A DNA stretch of 64,000 nucleotides, from contig NC_057717.1 of the NCBI RefSeq assembly GCF_004010195.1, forward strand, positions 107,420,709 through 107,484,708. The letters are read 5' to 3'. The notes under the pieces are model-generated. The model ran no database searches and was not told the origin of the DNA. It saw nothing but the letters and a program-made list of their open reading frames with translations. Positions 26,860-37,625 of this stretch are shown here, in pieces. Within the stretch, counting starts at the first letter, position 1; every line of letters starts with the position of its first letter. The position numbers were made by a program, and so were the translations under genes. This DNA comes from Chiloscyllium plagiosum. Taxonomy: Eukaryota.

Positions 26860-28415
26860 ATAAAGGGAAATTAGCAGCCTGTTTTTCAGCCAGGGACTTT
26901 GAGGTCCTGCTGGATGGGTTGGCATAGACACAGCACATCCTCTTCCCAAGGCCAGCAGCGGAGGCTACTACATTGTCCATGCCAGCCTGGTCAGTGCAGT
27001 CTTAGCTATCTGTAGAAATACCCAGCACTATAGGAAGATGGTCAGTGACTTTCTCTACTCTGTCAGCTTTAATGCCACCACCTTCTCTCCTTACACTATT
27101 TCTGCTATCTCACTCACCTCCCAACAAGACTCACGCTCTACCACTCTCACAACTGCCTGCAATAACTTCCCCATGCTTACACCCACCCTACCCGACACCA
27201 CTAATGCTGCATGCTCTCTGCACTGCCTACTCACTCACTTCAGGCACATTCCCATCTAGACCAATAGTAACAACTGTACCACCCAATTTCATTTCCTGTA
27301 ATATCTGTTCCTCTCCCTTATTTGAGGAGGAAAACAACTTATAATTCAGAAGAAGGACTTAAGACAGATGGTAAACTGCCCGACATTTAGCTCCACTCCC
27401 CTTATGTAGAGAGTACCCTGACTCTGAACACTCAAACGGCTGACTGATCATGTCCAAGACCCTCAACAGACGTCAGAGGTTACCCTTGTCTTACTGTGCT
27501 GGGATCCTCTGAATAAAGCTATCCCTGTTGACTTGACTGAGGCTTGTTAGCAACCATTACAAGCTTTCTGGCTTTATGTCTGTCTGAAAGGTCAGACTGT
27601 ACAAAGCAGAGATGCTATGAGCATCCAGACAGTCTCAGAGTGACTGAATGCTGTGACAGCAAGTGGAGAGCCTGGAAATGTAGATTGAACAAGTCCATGA
27701 GATGGGTGCATGTCCCTAAGCAAACAGTGGCCTTGCAGCAGCATTACAATAGTTACCAGTGCAGCCCTAGCTGCAGTAATGAAGTGCAGAAATTTATTGT
27801 AAATGAATCAGAGATGAAGTGGTAGATGCAGGTACAGTTACAACATTTAAAAGACATTTGGCTGGCTACATGAACAGGAAAGGTTTCGAGGGATATGGGC
27901 CAAACGCAGGCACGTATGACTAGTTTGGGAAACTTGTTTGGCATGGACGAATTGGACTGAAGGATGGTTACCATGCTGAATTACTCTATGCGTCATGAGG
28001 TTTATTAGAAGCTGACCCATCAGATGTCATTTTCGAAGGATGGGTTTGCATTCCGCCATTGCAAATGAAGCATGTCCTGAAATTTTGGTACCTATGTTCA
28101 ACATGGAGGTTCTTTGGAGCAAGCAGCAAGCTGACGTCTGACCTCCATGTCAAGAATTGTCAATATCTAGCTTGTTTGGTGAGATAGGAAACTCAATATT
28201 AATGAGGTGGCATTAATAAATAATTTAACAAGCTATACCTTTAGTTGGTAACTCACTATTGCCTAGCAAGAAATGCACCTTGCCTCTCGGCAAAAGCATA
28301 AAAGATGCAGTGAAATACACCTGATGTCAAGACAGGCTTACCAGACTGCTCACCTGATTCTGCCATAAATCTTGCAGAGCCTACATTGCTCAGGTCCCTA
28401 TAAGATTCTGCCCTA
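26860..28415 (+). mobile_element. Second Myb/SANT Harbinger-like relic (with CR1 3' insert ~27810-27990)
   Basis: GKLAACFSARDFEVLLDGL; shares downstream blocks with 21900-23120. Confidence 0.5.
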
Positions 28416-28599
28416 TGATTTCTTTGATGTTGTTCCAACCTGCCTGTTTGACATACAGACCTGGATGAGCATAATTTTCCTTCTGACAGCACCATAAATT
28501 CTAGTCCTGAATCACCAACTCTATGCCTCTCCCTAATAAAACTGTGAGACTCATACTACACGTAACTTTCGTTTTATATTTACCAAGTAAGCTTCTGAC

Positions 28600-28880
28600 C
28601 ACATATCCGCTCCAGAACCAAAGCCACTTATTTCCATTTTCATAATATTAGTCATCTCCTCTAATGCCTCAGCTCACTTGCGATTAAAACCCTCATCCAC
28701 GCTTCTGCTACCTGTCGGTCTGCCTATTCTACAGCTCTCCTAGCCAGCATCCGTTCATCCAAGCTTCTTCAACTTGAACTCATTGTAAAACTCTGCTGTC
28801 TAAATTCAAGCCCACATCAAGTCCTGTTTACTAATTACCTGCCTGCTCAGTGACCATGCTTTCACATCCTTTCATAACAA
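28600..28880 (+). mobile_element. L2 LINE 3' fragment
   Basis: Decayed KTAYFH..NI....TLIHA..T.R.DYS..LLA-like sequence. Confidence 0.65.
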
Positions 28881-29299
28881 CACTTCTTTCTATCTTTGAT
28901 AAGGCAATTGCCAGTACTTGGGAAATATCCTGGAGCTCCCACATTACACAGGGTAGCCATTCTCAAGATTGAAGCTATCCTGTCATTTCTTTATTAGTTT
29001 GTTAACCTTGTACCTGATAATAAACATTGGCAACATCAATAAACATATTAAGACAGATTAATAAACCTGACTAATTCAGTGTTTCTTCAAGTTAGTTACA
29101 ATGCAGCAATACTCACCAGCCAATCAACTGCATTTTTCTGCCCTGCAAGGTGTTGTCACTATCTGCATGATTCAAGTGATTTAAATATACCAAGCTGAAT
29201 TGTCTGGCTGTTTGGGACACGCTGGGTATACAGAGGGGCTGGTAAATTTTGAAGGAAAGGGTTGGCATTAGGAAGGGAATTAGTGTTTTCTCACACCTA

Positions 29300-30045
29300 T
29301 TATCACAGGCAGAGACCATTCCTTCCGTGACACCCTCGTTAGGTCCATCTCTCTACCAACCCACCCTCCACACCTAGCACCTTCCCTTGCTGCCACAAGA
29401 GGTGGGAAACCTGCACCCACACCTCCCCTCTCACCTCCATCCAAGGCCTCAAAGGATCTTTCCATATCCAGCAGAGATTTTCCTGCACATCTACCCACCT
29501 CATCTACTGTGCCCGCTGTTGTTAATGTTGTCTCCTCTATATCAGGGAGACAAGACGTCAACTTGCGGAGTGTTTCAGGGAACATGTCTGGGACACACAC
29601 ACCAAACAACCACACTGCCCTATGGCCGAACACTTCAACTCCCCCTCCCATTCCACCAATAACATGCAAGTCCTGGGACTCGTTCACTGCAAAATCCAAG
29701 CCACCTGATGACTGGAGGAAGAATGCCTTATCTTCTGCCTTGGGACCCTTCAACCACATGGCAATGTTGTCTCCTCTATATCAGGGAGACAAGACGTCAA
29801 CTTGCGGAGTGTTTCAGGGAACATGTCTGGGACACACACACCAAACAACCACACTGCCCTATGGCCGAACACTTCAACTCCCCCTCCCATTCCACCAATA
29901 ACATGCAAGTCCTGGGACTCGTTCACTGGCTTATGCCCGAAACATTGATTCTCCTGGTCCTTGGATGCTGCCTGACCTGCTGTGCTTTTCCAGCATCACA
30001 CTTTCGATTCTGACTCTCCAGCATCTGCAGTCCTCAGTTTTTCCT
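29300..30045 (+). mobile_element. Penelope-like GIY-YIG endonuclease remnant with internal 166-bp direct duplication
   Basis: FSCTSTHLIYCARCC*CCLLYIRETRRQLAECFREHV...MAEHFNSPSHS; 3' tail as in the mini-elements. Confidence 0.9.
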
Positions 30046-30127
30046 ATTATCACAGCCAGCAAAAGTTGGCAATTTACATGCCCAACCATAGATTTAATGA
30101 GAAAGGACCACTTTCAATTGCATCGAG

Positions 30128-30462
30128 AGGGCATGGTGGCTCAATGGTTAGCACTGTTGCCTCACAGTGGCAGGGACCCGGATTTGAACCTTGGGCGACT
30201 GTCTGTATGGAGTCTGCACATTTTCCCCGTGTTTGCATGAATTTCCTCCGGATGCTCTGGTCCCCCCCCAACTCCAAAAATGTGCAGGTGAGGGTGAATT
30301 GACCATGCTAAATTGCCCATAGTGTTCAGGGATGCATAGGTTAGGTGCATTAGTCAGGAGTATAATAGGGTTGGGGGAAATGGGTCTGGTTGGGTTGCTC
30401 CACGGAGGGTCAGTGTGGACTTGTTGGGCCAAAAGGCCTGTTTCCACACTGTAGGGATTCTA
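30128..30462 (+). mobile_element. HE1-type SINE
   Basis: As 18458-18782. Confidence 0.9.
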
Positions 30463-31727
30463 GGTTTGGCTGATAAAACCTGGTGGACTCCCAGCATGTT
30501 TGATCGGGGTGGGGGGGAAGGTCCTTTATGGGCACACAGAAGGTTTCCTCCAGCAGCAAAGGCTGCCTTCACATAATGACAATTCCCCACAAATTCCCTC
30601 TCCTCCCCATCCATTGCCCCACTCAACCAATGTTATCATCACTTTAAGGGTGCCTTCTCATTGAGACCCATTCTTCCTGTACTGCTGGTGATGTTGCTGA
30701 AGACGTTGCTCAGCAACCATCCAGTGGATTGGATAGTGCTTTGGCTATATGCTGCTAGTGGTCCCATCACTCACTAAAGTGGGGTCAGCTCCCACTTACA
30801 GCCCCAGCGGCATGTTTCTCATATTTCCAATAAAATTTTACCCTATAAATTATTTTATGAATTTAGCATATGCCTCCTTTGAAATTTCTTCTCTTTGCCT
30901 TATTGATTAATGTTTGCATTAAACAGCTTACAATGTAGCATAAAAATCACAAATGTGGAGGAGCACATTGAGACTTAACATCAACAAAAGGGAGAACACG
31001 AATCATTTTCCACACATACACATTCCACACAGAGGAGTATCCACTTGGCATGAATATGGTTAGGTGGGTTTGGCATGTATTTGGACTGTATGGGAACCAC
31101 ATCTTTGTGAAATCTGTGCACTCCACCTTTGTGAGATGAAGGCACCTTTGTCACTGATCCTGCTGCACCTCATTCTCTACACAGTAAAGATACAACAGAA
31201 TACTCAGTAATGTCACAACAACTTGAGTGAATTGATTTGGTTTGGAATGGACTGTTTAGATTTCAAATTGTCTTGCTAGAAAGGCTAGAGGTGTTTGACC
31301 TCGAAAATAACAGCAGCAATGCTGGAAACTACCTGCCTTGGAACCACTTTTATGGAGGCCAAGTCAACGTGGCACCATGTCATTTACAAGTGTTGAGAGA
31401 GGTGGTCTCTGTCTCCCTTATCTGCACCGGCTAGCTACATCCTTCACTGCTGGAGGCAGCACTGGAGCCTGCCCACTATGCACTGCATATACCGAGCACA
31501 CTTTAAGGCCATGGATTAAACAACACTTTCAAAATCCCAGAGATTGCACTGGGCCAACATTGATCGGTGTCCAAAATGGGCCTGATACCAGGATCCCAAT
31601 CCCAAAACGAAAATCTTGCTCCAAAAGTTCAGAAAAAAAAATTATTTCTTCACTCAAGTGAAACAAGAGGCTAATTTCACAAGGGAATGCAAGGCAAAAA
31701 AAACCAAAGTGGCAAAGAAACAAATTC

Positions 31728-31911
31728 TAGCTAAAACTGTGTTGCTGGAAAAGCACAGCAGGTCAGGCAGCATCCAGGGAACAGGAGAATCGATGTTTTG
31801 GGCATAAGCCCTTCTTCAGGAATTTCCCTGGATGCTGCCTGACCTGCTGCGCTTTTCCAGCAACACATTTTTAGCTCTGATCTCCAGCATCTGCAGACCT
31901 CAATTTCTCCT
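31728..31911. mobile_element. Penelope-derived foldback mini-element
   Basis: 15-bp TSD caaagaaacaaattc (31713-31727, 31912-31926). Decayed hammerhead on the minus strand. Confidence 0.85.
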
Positions 31912-32580
31912 CAAAGAAACAAATTCAACAATCTAAAAGCTACGGTTAAGGTATGCACATCTAAAGGTACTTCTGATAGATGTGCATCAAAATAAATACC
32001 TGACACAGCACAGGTCAATGGAAATACTAGGAATAACATTGAGAATGTGATTGTAGACTGTCTACTGGTTTTTGTGCCCTCTATGTCCAGCATTCACCTG
32101 TACAGGAATTGCAGATTCGGCTCCTTAATGTAAACTTCAAGGCAATTCTGTGTTCCTTATACTTCAGATCATGTCAGGATTTCTATTTTTCATACATTTT
32201 GTAATCACCATTATGGTGTGAGCTCACCGGTTGTGGTTGTTAAAATGAAGAGTTAATCCTGCCAGCCTTTGGCAATTAGTCAAAGAAACACTCAAACCGC
32301 ACAAAATTAAATCAGAATCTAACTGAAAACAACAGCCCAACATTGGTCCAAGAAGGTTTCATAAGCATTGGGTAATCTTGGCAAAGAATAACATATGACA
32401 TACTTAAAAAATAGCTGATGACTATTCTTTCAGCTTTATTGTTGGAAAGCCTGTCACATGACTTACACAATTACTTTATATGCAGAGCATGTGATCTTTT
32501 GCAATAGTTGCATAACTTTGTCATTCAATGTTGAATAATCAACGTTTTATAATCACATCCCACCTTCAAAACCAAAATTG

Positions 32581-32675
32581 TATAAAACGCAAGTAGTTCT
32601 TCATTTAAGCGACACAAAATAAACAGTCATCGACTGACATCAGAACAACTGAGAGAAAAACCTGGGCACAACAAT
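32581..32675 (+). promoter_or_regulatory. Putative TATA promoter and first exon of the SOUL-family gene; exon ends with 'AT' of a split ATG
   Basis: TATAAAA at 32581-32587. ...gcacaacaAT|GTGAGT at 32674-32681 gives a consensus donor and A at -3. Exon 2 begins with a single G that completes the ATG. Confidence 0.65.
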
Positions 32676-33097
32676 GTGAGTGTTCTAAAAGTTTTCTTTC
32701 AATTTACATGATAATAGTATTTTTTAAAAAGACTGTAACTCAGTATATCTGAAATAATTTGACCTCTCAGCATAAAGGGCTTTTTTTAACTTTGTTTGAG
32801 TAAAGTTAATAACATTTTTATACTAAATATGGTTCTATTCATTTCTATACATTCTGCACAAACTGTTAAAATAATATACTGATTTTCAACAATAATTTGT
32901 GCATTGATTTGCAATATAACTAAAATTATTTTTCTGCAATACGCAATTTACATTACTTCTAAGTTAGTTATTTTGGAATTGATAGTGTTATTGTGCTGTT
33001 TGTTCAAAGCTAACAGTCAACAGATCAATAATATTGAAATCCCTTTTAAAATATATAACATATGTCCCTTGTAAATATCACTTTTATCCAATTTGGG

Positions 33098-36000
33098 ACA
33101 TAGAACATGGAACATTGAACGGTTCAGCACAGTACAGGCCCTTCAGTTTTATCCTACTCTAAGATCAAACCAACCTACATACCATACATTTATTATCATC
33201 CATGTGTCTATCCAACAGTCGTTTAAATGTCCCTAATTTATCTGACTCTATTACCACTGCTGGCAGTGCATTCCACACACCCACCACTACCTCTGACATC
33301 TCCCCTAAATCTTCCTCCAATCACCTTAAAAGTATGACTCCTTGTGATAGCCATTTCCACCCTGGGAAAAAGTCTCTAGCTATGCACTCTATTTATGCCT
33401 CTCATCACCTTGTACACCTCTATCAAGTCACCCCTCATCCTTCTTTGATCCAATGAGAAAAGTCCTAGATCCCTCAACCATTCTTCATACGACATGCCCT
33501 CCAGTCCAGGCAGTATCCTGGTAAATCCCCTCTGCACTCTCTATAAAGCTTCCCACATCCTTCCTATAATGAGGTAACCAGAACTGAACACAATATTCCA
33601 AGTATAGTCTGACCAGAGCTTTATAGAGCTGCAGAATAACCTTGTAGTTCTTAAACTCAATCTCCCTACTAATGAAGGCTAACACACCATACACCTTAAC
33701 CCTATCAACTTTGGTGGCAACTTTGAGGGATCTGTGGACGTGGAGTCCAAGATCCTTTTATTCCTCCACACTGCTAAGAATCCTGCCTTTAACCCCATTA
33801 TCTGCATTCAAATTCGACCTTCCAAAATGAATCGCTTCACACTTTTCCAGGTTGAACTCTATCTGCCACTTCTCAGCCCAGCTCTGCATCCGCTCAATGT
33901 CCCGTTGCCAGCTATAATAGCCCTCCACACTATCTACAGCTCCAATAACCTTTGTGTCATCGGCAAACTTACTAACCCACCCTTCCACTTCCTCATCCAA
34001 GTCATTTATAAAAATCACAAAGAGCGGAGGTCTCAGAACAGATCCCTGCGGAATACCACTGGTCACCGAGCTCTGGGCTGAACACTTTCCATCTACCACC
34101 ACCCTCTGTTTTTTATTGGCCAGCCAATTCTGCATCTCAACAACCAAATTTCCGTGTATCCCATGTCTCCATACTTTCTGAATGAGCCTACCATGGGGAG
34201 CCTTATCATACACCTTGCTAAAATCCAAGTACACCACATCCACTACTCTATCTTCATCAATGTGTTGTGTCACATCCTCAAAGAATACAAGGCTTGTGAG
34301 GCATGACCTGCCCCTCACAAAGCCATGCTGACTATCCCTAATCAAGCTATGCTTTTCCAAATAATCATAAATCCTGTCTCTCAGAATCCACTCCAATAAT
34401 TTGCCCACCACCAACATAAGACTGATGGTCTATAATTCCTTGGGTTATCCCTATTCTCTTTCTTGAACAAGCGAATAACATTTGCCACCATCCAGTCAAT
34501 TGGTACTACTCCAGTGGACAGTGAGGTTGCAAAGATCATTGCCAAAGGTGCAGCAATCTCTTCCCTCGCTTCCCGTAGTAACTTTGGGTATAAGCTGTCT
34601 GGCCCAGAGGATCTATCCATCCTCATGTTTTGCAAAATTCCAGCACATCCTCCTTTTTAATATCAACCTGTTCGAGCATATCAGTCTGTTTCACACTGTC
34701 CTCACAAACAACAAGGTCCCTCCCACTAGCAAATACTGAAGCAAAGTATTCATTAAAAGGACCTCCCCTACCTCCTCCAACTGCAGGCACAAATTCCCTC
34801 CACTGTCCCTGATTGGCCCTACCCTCACTCTGGCCATCATCTTGTTCCTCACATAAATGTAAGAATGCCTTTGGGTTTTCCTTAATCCTAGCCACTAAAG
34901 CATTCTCATGTCCCCTTCTAGCTCTCCTAAGTCCATTCTTCACTTCCATCCTGGCTACCTTGTAACCCTCTGAAGCCATGCCTGATCCTCGCTTCCTCAA
35001 CCTTAAGAGAGGTTTCTCCTTCGTCTTGATTAGATGTTCCACAGCTCTTGTCATCCAAGGTTCCTTCACCCTACCATCTCTGCCATGCGTCAGTGGGACA
35101 AACCTATCCAGCACTCACAAGTGCTCCCTAAACAACCTCCACATTTCTATCGTGTATTTCCCTGAGAATATCTGTTCCCAATTTATGCTCCACTGTTCCC
35201 GCCTTGTAAATAGCCTTGTAAATCCCCACCCCAAATTAAATAATTTCCCATACAGTCTGCTTCTATCCCTCTCCATGACAATAGTAATGCTCTCCCACTG
35301 AGACATCTGATACCTGACCTGGTTCACTGCCAAGCTCCAAATCCAATATGGCCTCCCTTCTAGTCAACCTATCTGCACATTGAGTCAGGAATCCTTCCTG
35401 GACACACCTGACAAAATCTGGTCCATCCAAACTATTTGCACTTAGACGTTCCAATCAATGTTACATGATAACTGCCCTGTTACTTCTGCACCTTTCCAAA
35501 ATTTGCCTCCAAGCTGCTCCTCAATATCTCTGTTGCTATTCGGGAGTCTATAGAAAACTCCCAATAATGTGACTGCTCCTTATCTGCTTCTGACTTCTAC
35601 CCATAATGATTCAGTAGAGAAACCCTCTTCAATGATCTCCCTTTCTGCAGCTGTGATACCATCCCTGATTAGCAATGCCACTCCCCACCTCTTTTACCTC
35701 CCTCCCTATTTCTTTTGAAACATCAAAACCCCAGAACATCCAACAATCATTTCTGCTGCTGTGATATCCAAGTCTCCATAGTGGCCACAACATCGTAGCT
35801 CCACATACTGATCCATGCTCTAAGTTCATTACCTTTATTCCTGATTGGAACATCTAAGTGCAAATAGTTTGGATGGACCAGATTTTGTCAGGTGTGTCCA
35901 GGAAGGATTCCTGACTCAATGTGCAGATAGGTTGACTAGAAGGGAGGCCATATTGGATTTGGAGCTTGGCAGTGAACCAGGTCAGGTATCAGATGTCTCA

Positions 36001-36330
36001 GTGGGAGAGCATTACTATTGTCATTACCTTTATTCCTGACACTTCCTGCGTTAAAATAGACACACTTCAACCCATCACACTGACTGCAACTTTGCCCGAT
36101 CAACTATCTATCCTTCCTCATAGACTCTCTGCATGCTCTATCCTGTTCACCAGCTACCCAATCATCTGATCCATAGCTTTGGTTCCAATCCTCATGCCAA
36201 ACTAGTTTAAACCCTCCCAAACAGTTCTTGCAAATCTCCTGCCCAGGATATTGGTAGCCCTCCAGTTCAGGTGTAGCCTGTCCTCCTTGTACAGGTCCCA
36301 CCTTCCCCAGAAGGTATCACAATGATCGAT
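33098..36330 (-). mobile_element. Near full-length decayed CR1 (end of ORF1, APE, RT, 3' end) in SOUL intron 1
   Basis: WDLYKEDRLHLNW (ORF1), AILDL (APE), NYRP, QHGF, PQGS, FADDTK. Confidence 0.95.
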
Positions 36331-36869
36331 AATGCTTGATAAAACTTAATTTAACATTTAAATGTAGAATTTTCAATCTATTATGAACAATGCATGCTTC
36401 AGCAATGACAAGTTGTTAGGTTTCTAACACAAACAAGTCATTGTAAATCTATGCTCTTTTTTTGAACGGGACAATCTCTGCAGTAGAAATCTCATTCTGA
36501 GCAGTTCTAAACCTCATTACTTAAGATCAGTAACTTTAAGATAATTTATTTTATCCCCTTTTGAAATGGTAATATTGATGTTAGGACTCTGGATGTGTAG
36601 CACTAAAATTGAAAATATCACTATCTGCTAACAATGATACCGACTCCTGAGGCCAGATAGAATGTACTTTGGAGTCTTGAAGCACCAATTTTGCTACCCA
36701 GGAAAACTCAGACCCTGAATTGTTGTAGATGCAGAATTTGCCTTAATTATCCTGACACTACACCAGTGGTGGCTGCAACACTGCTTGTTAATACTAACTA
36801 ATAATTCAAATAAATTTTAACAAAAGTACAAAATTACTTTAAATTTTAAAACATTTGTAAGTGCCATAC

Positions 36870-37625
36870 TGAACAAAGAACAAAGAAAATTTACAGCCCA
36901 GGAACAGGCCCTTCAGCCCTCCAAGCCTGAGCCGATCCAGATGTACTGTCTGAACCTGTCAGTCAATTCCTAAGCATCTGTATCCTCTGCTCCTCACCTA
37001 CTCATGCATCTGTCAGGGTGCATCTTAAATGAATCTACTGTGCCTGCCTCTACTACCTCTGCTTGCAACATGTTCCAGGCACCTGCCACCCTCTGTGTAA
37101 AGTACTTGCCAAGGGTATCCCCCTTAAACTTTTCTTGTCTCACCTTTAATGCGTGACCTCTCATTACTGAATCCTTCACCGTGGGAAAAAGCTTATCGCT
37201 ATGCACCCTGTCTCTACCCTTCATGATTTTGTAGACCTCAATCAGGTCGCTCCTCAATCTCCTTTTTTCTAATGAAAACAATCCTAACCTACTCAACCTC
37301 TCTTCATAGCTAGCACTTTCCATACCTGGCAACATTCTTGTAAACCTTCCCTGCACCCTCTCCAAAGTGTCCACATCCTTTTGGTAATGTGGCGACCAGA
37401 ACTGCATACAGTATTCTAAATTCAGTCTAATCAAAGTCTTGTACAATTTTAACATGACCTGCCAGCTCTTATACTCAATACTCCGTCCCATGAAGGCAAG
37501 CATACCAAATGCATCCTTGACTACTTTATCCATCTGTGCAGACACCTTCAGGGTACAATGGACCTGAACTCCCAGATCTCTCTGCTCATCAACTTTTCCC
37601 AAGGCTCTTCTGTTTATAGTATAGT
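36870..37625 (-). mobile_element. CR1 3' fragment, different subfamily
   Basis: 202-aa ORF 36994-37602 with LEYCMQFWSPH...LERVQGRFTRMLPG. Confidence 0.95.

Noticed and set aside
1207..31618. Short motif echoes between the minus-strand pseudo-exons and carnosine synthase CARNS1 (DRAVNQ, SREAIL, PNH, THFS*) or ECT2L (IASVA)
   Set aside because: Recalled from memory, very short, frame-dependent and not consistently collinear; likely overfitting. Needs a profile search.
32097..32182. Minus-strand block ending cag|GTGAAT
   Set aside because: The upstream intron would be only about 45 nt and the acceptor is weak, so it is not listed as an exon.
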